Program-made: the position numbers and the translations under genes
Virus record (IMG/VR): IMGVR_UViG_3300031994_000033
Coordinates: 32,001-96,000 of that record
Strand: one strand, 5' to 3'
DNA length: 64,000 bases
From: a virus
Taxonomy: Duplodnaviria > Caudoviricetes
Part shown: positions 9,981-19,751 of the stretch, in pieces
How positions within the stretch are numbered: position 1 is the first letter of the stretch
How the letters are laid out: each line of letters starts with the position of its first letter
Notes under the pieces: model-generated
Databases searched by the model: none
Told to the model about the DNA's origin: nothing
The model's input: only the letters and a program-made list of their open reading frames with translations

Positions 9981-10787
9981 ATGCTCAACGCTAAAATGCA
10001 AAGGAAAACAAAAATGAAAATTTTGAGAGATCAACATCAAATCGTGTTCGAGAGCCTCGGCTCTAAGGCTCCAGGTATCGCAGCGTTCATCAAGTGGCTC
10101 AACTTCAACATGGAGGAGGGCGAAATCTGGGAAGAGGACCTAGTGTTCGACCAGATCTATGCGAAGGACGGAGACGTCTACATCGACTGGGATCCAGAGT
10201 CCGAGTACATGGAGGGAGATCCAGATACATTCCCTGACAGATATCTGAAGATTCTGAAGAGAAAAGGTCCAAAGGAGTTCAGACTCTGTTCCAAGAACGT
10301 AGCTGAAGAGATCGCTTCTGGAGACCGAGACGAAGACTGGCCTCTCGAGAGAATCATCAACGAAGGAGATGAGGAAGCTGGAATCACTGAGACTCAGGGT
10401 GCGAACTACGAGATCGGCGACGAGAAGCTCCTATGGGCGCAGCTCAGATCACCTATCCGCGAGTCTATTGACCTCGACAAAGCGAAGAGTATCATCGAGT
10501 CTGCTGGACTCAAGCTGAATAGAGTCGACGAGGGATCTTTCGCTAAAGATCCGTCGAGCTATCTCAGACGCTTCGCTAAGATTCGCGAGCGTGTCGTCAA
10601 AAAGGCTACTAATATCGATCCCGAGCTTATGTCTCACTACAAGGTCACTCCTCTCGCAAGACAGCTCAATCCGAGCTACGAGGGCGACTACCTAGATCGT
10701 CTCGTTTACGGCTACATGGACGGACGTCCTGGCGACACAGATGGAATGGCTAAGGATCTGCTAGCTTGGCTGAGCGAGCACTCTTAA
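9981..10787 (+). CDS. acidic hypothetical protein, possible internal head protein (start may be 10014)
   Basis: ORF with an AAGGA RBS before MKILRD; contains IRESIDLDKAKSIIESAGL. Confidence 0.6.
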   Translation: MLNAKMQRKTKMKILRDQHQIVFESLGSKAPGIAAFIKWLNFNMEEGEIWEEDLVFDQIYAKDGDVYIDWDPESEYMEGDPDTFPDRYLKILKRKGPKEFRLCSKNVAEEIASGDRDEDWPLERIINEGDEEAGITETQGANYEIGDEKLLWAQLRSPIRESIDLDKAKSIIESAGLKLNRVDEGSFAKDPSSYLRRFAKIRERVVKKATNIDPELMSHYKVTPLARQLNPSYEGDYLDRLVYGYMDGRPGDTDGMAKDLLAWLSEHS

Positions 10788-10852
10788 TCAGACGAAAATC
10801 AAGCTTCTGATAAATACTTAAATTTCAAGAAACTCTACAAGGAGAATCATAT

Positions 10853-11077
10853 ATGATCACTAACTCTACTGACGCAACCATCGACAGCAACGACTTCATC
10901 ATTCAGTCTATGCGCAAGCTCAAGCAGCGCCTCGAGATTGAAGAGAACGACATCAAGGCTTACAAGATTCCGGAAGGACTCCAGGGCTCTGCTCTCGCTT
11001 CTGAGAAGGCCTACATCAAGGGCGCTCTCGACGAGATCCAGAAGTTCCGCCAGTTCATCAAGGAGATGGGCGTCTAG
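10853..11077 (+). CDS. small hypothetical late protein
   Basis: AAGGAG RBS, GATAAATA upstream, phage-typical codon usage. Confidence 0.7.
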   Translation: MITNSTDATIDSNDFIIQSMRKLKQRLEIEENDIKAYKIPEGLQGSALASEKAYIKGALDEIQKFRQFIKEMGV

Positions 11078-11107
11078 CGCAACTTACCTAAAGTTTGTTG
11101 TCTCCAT

Positions 11108-11139
11108 GAAGCGCTGGTCTAAAGACTGGCGCTTCTTTT
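11108..11139 (+). terminator. Rho-independent terminator
   Basis: GAAGCGCTGGTC-taaa-GACTGGCGCTTC-TTTT. Confidence 0.75.
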
Positions 11140-11350
11140 GTACCCAGAAATCGTCATAAATGCGGTTTTGAGGATGTTTTAAGACGTTTTAAGCCTGTAC
11201 CCTAGTAACTATACCGGTGAGCCATAAAACGTCCTAAAACTGACGTTTATGCGCAAAATACGAGCTGATCAATTTTGCATAAACGGAAAATTCTTTCCGC
11301 AAATAGTTTCTAAATTAACTATTGAAAAGCGCTAGAACGAGGGTAACACT

Positions 11351-14300
11351 ATTTACAAGAATGTCTATTACGACCGTGAGTCAAATTCAATCTACGAACG
11401 TGAAGTCGGTTCGACAGAATATGTCAAGCATCCGTACACGTTCAAGTATTTTATGCCTGATTCATCGGGCGAGAGTCCGATTCGTGACTGCTTCGGCGTT
11501 CCGATGAAAGAGGTTGTATGCAAAACGAAAGAGGACTACCAGATCTATCGCGTGATGGCGAAAAAGATGCGTCTCGCTGAGTCCGACCTCAAACCTCCCG
11601 TAAAATACATTCACGAGAAATACGACACAGCAGAACTGAACTACGAAGAGTACAAGGACTACCGCATCGCCTTCTACGATATTGAAACGCAGACTTCTAG
11701 ACGCTACTACCTCAACAAGGAAGTGAAGCTTCGCTTGATCGAGGACGGTCACGAAGAGACGATGACTCTATATCAGTTCGAGCACACTTGCAAGACGAAA
11801 AAGTGGGAAATCTGGGACATCGTTCGAAACGAATGGCGCAAATACTACGACAGCTGCTTCATAAATCAGGAGTTCCCGAATCCCGAGGAAGCGAACTATC
11901 CGATCAACCTTATCACTGTCTACTCGACGGTCGCTGGCGAGACTTTCACTTGGGGTCTGGAGCCGTATGAGGGCAACTCTCCCGAAGTCACAAACTACAA
12001 ATGGTTCAAGTCCGAACTTGAGATGATGAAGGACTTCTATGTCTGGTTCTGGCAGCAGAAGTTCGATATTCTGACTGGCTGGAACTCTGAGAAGTTCGAT
12101 GATGCGTATATCATCGGCCGTATGCAGAAGATCCAGCGAGAGAATGGCGTCAAGCTCGATTACACGCGTCTGCTTTCTCCGCTCAAACTATCGCCACAGA
12201 AGCGCCCGATCACTGACGACAAGGGTAAAGTGACAGGATATCACTTCTCGTCTCCAGGCCTCTACATGATCGACTATCTGGCGCTCTACAAGTTTATCGG
12301 CTTCGTGAAGAACTCGCCGTCTTGGAAGCTCGACTACATCGGCAAGAAAGAGACTGGCGAAGGAAAGGTCAAGCTTGAATATGGTCTTACCGAGCACTAC
12401 ATCAAGGACTACACGACCTACGTCGAGTATAACGTCCAGGACGTGCGCCTGATGGTGAAGATCGAAGAGAAGAAGCGTCTGTGGCCGACGACTATCGCCT
12501 ACGCCAATGAAGCTCTGATCACTCTTGACTCTGTCTTCGCGATGACGGCCGCACACGACGGCTACATCATGAAGTTCCTCCATGCGCAGAATCAGGTCTA
12601 CAACGACCGCTACGAGAAGCCCGCAGACTGGTGGCACGACGAGGGCTACTTCAAGAAGGATCTCGGAAACGGCATCATCGAGTATCAGAACTGCACGCCA
12701 GAGTCTCCGACTTCGTTCGAGCCTTACGCTGTGAAGGCAGGCTACTGCTACGCTGATCCTGGACGCTACCAGCACAACATGAGCGGAGACATCACGTCAT
12801 CCTATCCTAATCACATCATCATGTACAACATCTCTCCCGAGACTCGAGTCATCAAGCCGAGCCAAGAGGACATCGATTCCGGAAAGGTCATCCGCTCGGA
12901 AGTCAACGGAGTCGGATTCATCAACAACGACACTGCTATTCTGCCGTCTGTCGTCTCGAAGATCTTCGACGAACGTCTCAAGTTCAAGCTGCTCATGCAG
13001 GACGCCGAGAAGGCTGGCGACAAGATCGCTGCCGACCGCTACCGCACGCTGCAGCTCACTCGTAAGAAGCTCATCAACTCTCTATACGGCGCTTGCCTGT
13101 TCCCGCAGTTCCACCTATTCAACATCGACTGCGCTCGCTCCATCACTCGTTGCGCTCGTGTCACCATACGCTATCTCAAGGACAATACGGACCGCTACTA
13201 TCGTTCCAAGTATATCCTCAAGGATTCGATGGACTTCTTCCCGGTCATCAAGATCAACACCAAGTGGTACAAGAAGGAAGACGAAGTCGAGACGGATCAG
13301 GGAAAGATTCTCGCGAAGGACGTAACGACTGCAAACACTATCGGCGGCGCAGCTGTAACGATTTTCGTGAACGATCTCACTCAGAAGCCTCTTCTCAATC
13401 CTATCAAGAAGATCACGTCGGAGAGAATCATCAACGTGGTCTACGACGGAGACTGCCACTACTACAAGCCTGGCGACGAAATCGAAGTCGAGATGGATGG
13501 AAAGAAACTCAAGATGCAGTTGGGAGTCCACGACGGCGGAGCAAGATTCACTGGCGAAGAGACCATCATGGAAGAGCTCAAGGCCAACTTCAAGCATCCT
13601 GACGGCTCTACAATTTCCGGTTTCGATCTCCAGCGCAACGCTAAGATCGACGGACGCCCGATCGACAACGTGAACGTGATCGAGAAGCCAGTCAAGTTCG
13701 TGGATCGCGAGTCTGTCGTCGTTCAGGTCGACACGGACTCCAACTACTACTGCTTCGACGAGCACAAGATCAACCTCTTCCCGTACATGGACGACATGGA
13801 ATGGTTCTACTGCATGGAGAAGCAGATGAACTGGTTCTGGAAGAGAATTCTCGACGCTAAGGCAGAGAAGAACAAGATGCACAACCGCATCATCTTCACT
13901 CGCGAGAACATGTTCTCGAACTTCATCTCTTACGGAAAGAAGATGTATCTCGGAGCAGTCGTCGACAAGGACGGCAAGTTCTTCGGCTACGAGGAAGATC
14001 CGCACAAGCACTTGAAGATTCAGGGTCTAATTCTAAAGAAGGCAGAGTTCCCAGTATTCTGTCAGGAATATGCTGTCAAGATCACTGCGGACGTTCTACT
14101 CGGACAGAGCAAAGAAGAGACGACGAGACAGATTCAGGACGCTTACTTGAAATTCAAGGCGTCAAAGCCAGAGGACATCTCGGCGTCAAGAACTATCGGC
14201 GACCTGTCTGTGATGGATCACGAAATCGACTGGTACGTCAAGAACGGCCTCACATATCCAGACCACATTCACTACTGCGCGAAGATAGGCGTAAACTTCA

Positions 14301-14587
14301 ACTACGTGAACGCGAGAGAGAAGCTCGGATACGACACGCTCCAGCGTGGATCTAAGGCTAAGCACATATTCCTCTATCCGCGAAACAAATACGGTTTCGA
14401 CCAGATGGCTTTCGAGAAGTGGCCGAAGGAGTTTGACCAGATGTTCGAGATCGACTACGATACGACTTTCGAGAAGTTCTTCATGTCTAACTTCCACGCT
14501 CTCTTCGAGTCTATCGGCTGGGCAGAGTCGAGGAAAGACTATATCGAGTACAAGATGACGAAGGCTAAAAAGAAGTTCCTGAGGTAA
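11351..14587 (+). CDS. family B DNA polymerase (T4 gp43-like); probable ATT start at 11351, first ATG at 11453
   Basis: ExoI FYDIET, ExoII GWNSEKFD, ExoIII YNVQDV, motif A DITSSYP, motif B KKLINSLYG, motif C DTDS, and KKMY. Confidence 0.95.
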   Translation: MYKNVYYDRESNSIYEREVGSTEYVKHPYTFKYFMPDSSGESPIRDCFGVPMKEVVCKTKEDYQIYRVMAKKMRLAESDLKPPVKYIHEKYDTAELNYEEYKDYRIAFYDIETQTSRRYYLNKEVKLRLIEDGHEETMTLYQFEHTCKTKKWEIWDIVRNEWRKYYDSCFINQEFPNPEEANYPINLITVYSTVAGETFTWGLEPYEGNSPEVTNYKWFKSELEMMKDFYVWFWQQKFDILTGWNSEKFDDAYIIGRMQKIQRENGVKLDYTRLLSPLKLSPQKRPITDDKGKVTGYHFSSPGLYMIDYLALYKFIGFVKNSPSWKLDYIGKKETGEGKVKLEYGLTEHYIKDYTTYVEYNVQDVRLMVKIEEKKRLWPTTIAYANEALITLDSVFAMTAAHDGYIMKFLHAQNQVYNDRYEKPADWWHDEGYFKKDLGNGIIEYQNCTPESPTSFEPYAVKAGYCYADPGRYQHNMSGDITSSYPNHIIMYNISPETRVIKPSQEDIDSGKVIRSEVNGVGFINNDTAILPSVVSKIFDERLKFKLLMQDAEKAGDKIAADRYRTLQLTRKKLINSLYGACLFPQFHLFNIDCARSITRCARVTIRYLKDNTDRYYRSKYILKDSMDFFPVIKINTKWYKKEDEVETDQGKILAKDVTTANTIGGAAVTIFVNDLTQKPLLNPIKKITSERIINVVYDGDCHYYKPGDEIEVEMDGKKLKMQLGVHDGGARFTGEETIMEELKANFKHPDGSTISGFDLQRNAKIDGRPIDNVNVIEKPVKFVDRESVVVQVDTDSNYYCFDEHKINLFPYMDDMEWFYCMEKQMNWFWKRILDAKAEKNKMHNRIIFTRENMFSNFISYGKKMYLGAVVDKDGKFFGYEEDPHKHLKIQGLILKKAEFPVFCQEYAVKITADVLLGQSKEETTRQIQDAYLKFKASKPEDISASRTIGDLSVMDHEIDWYVKNGLTYPDHIHYCAKIGVNFNYVNAREKLGYDTLQRGSKAKHIFLYPRNKYGFDQMAFEKWPKEFDQMFEIDYDTTFEKFFMSNFHALFESIGWAESRKDYIEYKMTKAKKKFLR

Positions 14588-14615
14588 TATTATCACACTG
14601 ACACTAACAACCCCA

Positions 14616-14777
14616 GTGATAATTCTGGGAATCATATCTGTGCTTCTTCTCGCTTGGATCATCTCGTGCGACGGAACGCCATCGTTTCTTGGATCAGATC
14701 GATCCTGGGCGATAATCGTATCGATTGTAGTCTGGCTCTTCGTTTTCCTAGCAGTAGGAGGTATCTGGTGGTGGTAA
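14616..14777 (+). CDS. small two-TM membrane protein, absent from the ORF track
   Basis: Manual translation gives VIILGIISVLLLAWIISCDGTPSFLGSDRSWAIIVSIVVWLFVFLAVGGIWWW*. The frame is open back to ATT/ATC at 14589/14592 after GAGGT. Confidence 0.6.
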   Translation: MIILGIISVLLLAWIISCDGTPSFLGSDRSWAIIVSIVVWLFVFLAVGGIWWW

Positions 14778-14803
14778 ATTTAAAAGAACTTCCTGACAAC
14801 TTT

Positions 14804-15043
14804 ATGAGACAGATCGTTCTGAGAACTGGTCCAATCGTAGCAGCGACTAGGCCGCTTGTTTGGAACAAGAAACTGAAGCGATATGTCAAAGGACACGTGA
14901 CAGGATCGGTCACGAACTATGACGACCGAGTGACAAGATTCACATCAGACGAACAAGCGAGAAGAGTGATAGCCGATGAACGAGCTCGTTGGCACTATTA
15001 CAGGTCGTTCCCTGATCGTTTCACTCCAGAAGAATGGAAATAA
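14804..15043 (+). CDS. small basic hypothetical protein
   Basis: ATG at 14804 within track ORF 14654..15043; fills the gap before the helicase gene. Confidence 0.55.
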   Translation: MRQIVLRTGPIVAATRPLVWNKKLKRYVKGHVTGSVTNYDDRVTRFTSDEQARRVIADERARWHYYRSFPDRFTPEEWK

Positions 15044-15067
15044 ATACAGAAACTGAAGGTAAGTATC

Positions 15068-16573
15068 ATGGGACGAATAACTGCAACTAAGATCAACGAG
15101 ACGCACTTCTTCATTCAGGTCAATGACGGAGATATTCTATACGAGCTGGACAACGCTTTCGCTATCCACAAGGACGGATATCAGTTCGTACCCGCTTACC
15201 AGAATCACACTTGGGACGGAAAGACTCACTTCTTCAAGACTACGACTCACAAGTTCCCTATCGGACTCGTGGATGAGCTGATCAAGTGGTGCGACAGCAA
15301 GAAGTACGAGCTCAAGTTCGAGAACTACGAGAAAGAGCCAGTCGAATGGCTGTCCAGAGAGAAGTTCGAAGCCAACTGCAAGCAGATAATGGCTGGATCG
15401 AAATATCAGCCGAGAGACTATCAGCTTGACGCTGCGTTCGCTGCTCTGAACGGAAAGCGTGGCATTCTGGAGTGCTGCACTTCGTCTGGCAAGTCGCTAA
15501 TGATCTACCTCATCATGCGCAACCTGATGATGGAACGCGGCTACAAGAAGATGCTCTTGATCGTTCCGTCCATCATGCTAGTGACTCAGATGTACAAGGA
15601 CTTCGAAGACTACGGATGGTCTGACCTGGACAAGTGGTGTGAGCTCCAAGACAAGGATCACGTCCCGACCTACCACAAGACGATTCTGATCACGACCTGG
15701 CAGTCGTTGATGAAGCAGTCAGCAGACTACTTCGAGGACGTGAACGCCGTCATAATAGACGAAGCACATGGTCTCAGGGGTGTTCGCGTATCGACAATGG
15801 TACAGTTCTGTATCAATGCAGACTTCAAGATCGGTACGACTGGTACACTGCCTACTTCGGCAGTCGAGAAGTATGACGTGAAGTCTGTTCTCGGCAAGAC
15901 GCTCTACAAGATCAGTTCTGAAGAGTTGATCAGCAGAGGATTCTTGACAGACATCATCGTCGCTAACCTGTTCATGCAGTACCCGATCGACTTCATCAAG
16001 GAAAATCAGGAGAGAACGTATCCCGAAGAGGTAAGACTAACTGAAGAGTACGAGGACCGTATGCACATCCTCGACATCATCCTGAGAAAGACAGACTTGA
16101 ATCACAACATGCTCATTCTGTGCAATCACGTCGACCATCTAGAAGCTACGATCGACTATCTGAAGGAGCACGCGAAAGATCGAAAAGTCGTCAAGATCAC
16201 TGGATCCGTGAAGTCTGCTGAGCGTGAATTCATTAGAATTTCCGCAGAAGAGTCTGACGGATTGATCATCGTTGCGACTTACGGCACCATGTCCACTGGC
16301 GTCAACATCAAGAAGATTCACGAGATCATCCTGTTCGCAGACTCGAAGTCCAAGATCAAGGTTCTCCAGTCCATCGGCCGTGGACTCAGAAAGCATCCAG
16401 AGAAGTCGAAAGTGATCATTTACGACATCATCGACGACATGCGGTACAAGTCGAAGAGAGGCAAAGTTCACTCGAACTATCTCTATGACCACTGGCTAGA
16501 GCGCTCAAAATACTACATAGAGCAGAAATTTAAGCAAAAATCGACAGTTTTTCCCATCTCCAAGTTAGTATAA
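15068..16573 (+). CDS. uvsW: UvsW-like SF2 DNA helicase
   Basis: WDGK N-terminal motif, PRDYQ, TSSGKS (Walker A), IIDEAH, GTTGT, STGVNI and QSIGRGLR. Confidence 0.9.
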   Translation: MGRITATKINETHFFIQVNDGDILYELDNAFAIHKDGYQFVPAYQNHTWDGKTHFFKTTTHKFPIGLVDELIKWCDSKKYELKFENYEKEPVEWLSREKFEANCKQIMAGSKYQPRDYQLDAAFAALNGKRGILECCTSSGKSLMIYLIMRNLMMERGYKKMLLIVPSIMLVTQMYKDFEDYGWSDLDKWCELQDKDHVPTYHKTILITTWQSLMKQSADYFEDVNAVIIDEAHGLRGVRVSTMVQFCINADFKIGTTGTLPTSAVEKYDVKSVLGKTLYKISSEELISRGFLTDIIVANLFMQYPIDFIKENQERTYPEEVRLTEEYEDRMHILDIILRKTDLNHNMLILCNHVDHLEATIDYLKEHAKDRKVVKITGSVKSAEREFIRISAEESDGLIIVATYGTMSTGVNIKKIHEIILFADSKSKIKVLQSIGRGLRKHPEKSKVIIYDIIDDMRYKSKRGKVHSNYLYDHWLERSKYYIEQKFKQKSTVFPISKLV

Positions 16574-16644
16574 ATAACTTAGAAAGATTGACTGGCCCAT
16601 CGAAATGTCAGTCACAAAAGCTATTTTACTAGGAGAAATTACAC

Positions 16645-19600
16645 ATGCCTGTTAAATGGTCAAGTCCCGGAATCGGATTTTCCGAAATAGATAATACTGT
16701 CCGTCCAAACGCTGATCCGGGCGACGGAATCGGCGCTATCGTGATCAACGCGAACCGTGGCTATCCTAACCAGCGTGTTCTCTGCACTACGATCGACAAG
16801 TTCCACGAATTCTTCGGAACTCCTGACGATCCTAATCAGTTTGGACACTTCGCTGCTCAGGTATACTTCGAACAGGGCGGAGCTACACAGCTTCTCGCCG
16901 TCAGAGCTACGCAGGGCGATGAGGGATATGCTCAGATCCAGTACCCGTATACTGACTCGACAGACAAGAATCACGAGCAGAATGTCGAGGTATTGAGCTA
17001 TGTCGACAACGAGCTCGAGAACCAGATCAAGATGATCAACGCGATCAACACTGTCGATGCTACTGACGAGAACTACTACAATCCAGCTGTAGCTAGCGCA
17101 AACGGATTCGAAGCATACACAGCGAACGGCAAGACATTCGACTTCTATGGATCTTCTAAGCAGCTTCTCGTGAACGACATCTACGAGGACTTCTACGGAA
17201 ACTCCATCAAGAACGAGTATGTCTATCGTGACATGGGAGAAGAAAACGGCGTAGTCGATGGACGCGCATTCGTCCTCGAGAATATCAAGGGCAGCACCTT
17301 CGCTCCGCCTAAGATGTTCGCTATGCCGAATGACGCTTACTCTGCTACAGTCTATGACCGTTCGAAGGGAAACGTATCTAAGAACGACATTTACTACAAT
17401 CAGTATCAGAATCAGCCAGTCGTTTCTGAAAGCGCCTCTTACTATCCGACTATGATTCACGTTCCTTCTGTCTATTCTCTTGACGGAAAAGACACTGATC
17501 TAACGATCTACACCAGCGCAAAGTTCGAAGAAGACACTAGCTTCAATCAGCTCCTAGCTACGAGCGCTATGCTGACATCGCTAAAGAATCTCGATGGCGT
17601 GTCGACAACTATAGATGCTGGTACAAATGTCTGCAAGGCAGACATCGTAGACTGGGACGATATGCTGACTAAGACATTCACAGTCACTAAGGAAGACTGG
17701 GATAAGCGAAAGGACGTCATCGGCATCAAGTTTACAGAGTATGGCACGGCAGACAGCCGCTATCTTCTCGTTCTAGCCGATCCAGCGCCTAGCGTCACAA
17801 AGTGCAGCAAAGCTGACAACGCTGAGCTCAACGAGATCGCTAGCGATTACGCAGTCGATGTCTCGGATATCGCTAACGACAAGTACGCTATTCTGACTTA
17901 TGTTCTCTCTAGAGACGAACTAGAAGAGAAGCAGAAGATGCTGATCGTCGTAAACAAGGAGCTATACTCCGAAAAGACTGACGAAGAGACTGGCGTCGAG
18001 AATCTTCAAAACGCAGCTGTCACTTACAAGAACACTTGGGCTCTCTATCTCGATTATGCGACTAAGAAGTTCACAGTCGCTTCCAACTATGGCGTAGGCT
18101 CTCCTAAGGAAGCTATCAAGCCTTGGCAGGTCAGCTTCGACGGCGACGAAGAAGTGAATCCGCTCTATGCGATCTCGTCAACAGAAGTATTCTCTGATCC
18201 GACTGGAATCTGGAAAGACGGCTATACTGCATCTTGCAAGTATGACGGCGAGCCAGGTAACGGCGACATAGAGATGTACAGATCTGGAAAGTCGAATCAG
18301 CTCATCATCGGAGCTATCGGACCGGGTAAGTACGGAAACGATGTCGGCATCTCGATCATCACTCCTGAAGCTGCTCTAGTTCCAGCTCTCTATGGTCAGA
18401 ACGCTTTCTCTTGGCTCTACAAGTATGACGATGAAGACAAGGTCAACGACTCCGGACTTGACTATAGAAGCAATCCGAACGATCTGACCTGGAAGAAGGT
18501 CTACAAGATCAACGTCTATGTCAAGGCTCCTTCTAAGACTCAGTCTGTCTGGGGCTTCGGTCTTGACGCTCTGATGAGCTCTCCGGTCGAGTCATGGCTC
18601 GTGTCTAACGACCCGAACGCTAAGGATGAGAACGGCAACAGCCTCTGGGCTCCTTACGTGATCAACGGCAACTCGCAGTTCATCTACGTGTCCAAGAAGT
18701 CAGTCGAAGCTGCAGTAGACTACAAGGGCAACTACGCTATGCCCGATATGACCTGGTCGATCTATCAGATGACCGGCGGTTCTAACTCTAAGCTGAACAA
18801 TGTCAAGGAGAAGACGAAGTGCTTGGATCTCTACAAGAACAGAAAGAAGGCTTACTTCGACTATCTGTTCAACGTCGAGCCGATCGACAGCTTCTCTGGC
18901 AAGCAGAAGTACATGGCTATGCAGAACAGAATCGGACAGATCGCTTCTTCGAGAAAGATGGACCTTGGTATCATCCAGTGCACATCTAAGGAAGCTAAGA
19001 CGATCCGTCTCAAGCTCTCAGAGGGTAAGATGTTCAGCTTCGCTGACGGCTCTTACGTGGCTGGCTATGACGACTATGACTCCTACTTCGATCCGTTCAC
19101 TTCGACTTGGGTGATGCTGCCCAGATCAGTAGCGGGCGCAGTAGCTTGCTGCTACATAGACAACTTCGACAAGCCTTGGATGGCTCCTGCTGGCGTCGCT
19201 AACGGTCGAATCGCTTACTCAGATCATTCGATGGTCAGACTCGATGACGACGAGTTCGGTCAGCTCTACAACATTCATGTCAACAGCACCATGAACTATC
19301 CTGGCTACGGAGAAGTCCTCATGGGTCAGAAGACGATGTTGAAGAAAGAGTCTGCATTGAACAGAATCGACGTCCGTAAGCTCTGCAACTACATCGAGAA
19401 GAGACTCGAGAACAAGCTTCTTCCGTATCTCTATCAGAAGAACACGACGACAAACCGCTCTTCTATGAGAACCGCAGTCGACAGCTTCCTCGGAAGAATT
19501 CAGGCTGGTCAGGGAATCATTAGCCGTAATGTTGAAGTCGTTCCGGATCAGAAGGATACGCACTTGGTCTACGTGAACATCAAGTTTGTTCCGGCTGAGT

Positions 19601-19683
19601 CTATCGAGAGAATCGAGGTCACTTTGATCCTCAACAGAGAAACTGGATCGATCACTCCGGTCGAGTCCACATCTCGAATCTAA
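16645..19683 (+). CDS. tail sheath protein (gp18-like), enlarged
   Basis: N-terminal SPGIGFSEID; C-terminal PWMAPAG..NG, GQKT, SALNRIDVRKL and FVPAESIERI. Late promoter upstream. Confidence 0.93.
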   Translation: MPVKWSSPGIGFSEIDNTVRPNADPGDGIGAIVINANRGYPNQRVLCTTIDKFHEFFGTPDDPNQFGHFAAQVYFEQGGATQLLAVRATQGDEGYAQIQYPYTDSTDKNHEQNVEVLSYVDNELENQIKMINAINTVDATDENYYNPAVASANGFEAYTANGKTFDFYGSSKQLLVNDIYEDFYGNSIKNEYVYRDMGEENGVVDGRAFVLENIKGSTFAPPKMFAMPNDAYSATVYDRSKGNVSKNDIYYNQYQNQPVVSESASYYPTMIHVPSVYSLDGKDTDLTIYTSAKFEEDTSFNQLLATSAMLTSLKNLDGVSTTIDAGTNVCKADIVDWDDMLTKTFTVTKEDWDKRKDVIGIKFTEYGTADSRYLLVLADPAPSVTKCSKADNAELNEIASDYAVDVSDIANDKYAILTYVLSRDELEEKQKMLIVVNKELYSEKTDEETGVENLQNAAVTYKNTWALYLDYATKKFTVASNYGVGSPKEAIKPWQVSFDGDEEVNPLYAISSTEVFSDPTGIWKDGYTASCKYDGEPGNGDIEMYRSGKSNQLIIGAIGPGKYGNDVGISIITPEAALVPALYGQNAFSWLYKYDDEDKVNDSGLDYRSNPNDLTWKKVYKINVYVKAPSKTQSVWGFGLDALMSSPVESWLVSNDPNAKDENGNSLWAPYVINGNSQFIYVSKKSVEAAVDYKGNYAMPDMTWSIYQMTGGSNSKLNNVKEKTKCLDLYKNRKKAYFDYLFNVEPIDSFSGKQKYMAMQNRIGQIASSRKMDLGIIQCTSKEAKTIRLKLSEGKMFSFADGSYVAGYDDYDSYFDPFTSTWVMLPRSVAGAVACCYIDNFDKPWMAPAGVANGRIAYSDHSMVRLDDDEFGQLYNIHVNSTMNYPGYGEVLMGQKTMLKKESALNRIDVRKLCNYIEKRLENKLLPYLYQKNTTTNRSSMRTAVDSFLGRIQAGQGIISRNVEVVPDQKDTHLVYVNIKFVPAESIERIEVTLILNRETGSITPVESTSRI

Positions 19684-19704
19684 TCGCTCTTATGAAACAA
19701 AAAC

Positions 19705-19737
19705 AGAGCTGCCTAACCACGGCAGCTCTTTCTCTTT
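19705..19737 (+). terminator. Rho-independent terminator
   Basis: AGAGCTGCC-taaccac-GGCAGCTCT-TTCTCTTT. Confidence 0.7.
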
Positions 19738-19751
19738 AATAAATAAGCTAT

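Noticed and set aside
13200-13715. Functional cis-splicing intein in the DNA polymerase
   Set aside because: There is no N-terminal Cys/Ser in register and no His-Asn followed by Cys/Ser/Thr. It is kept only as a speculative remnant.
12188-14662. Long minus-strand ORFs (195, 298, 158 aa) and similar ones opposite the sheath and other genes
   Set aside because: Shadow ORFs produced by the strongly biased codon usage of the real + strand genes.
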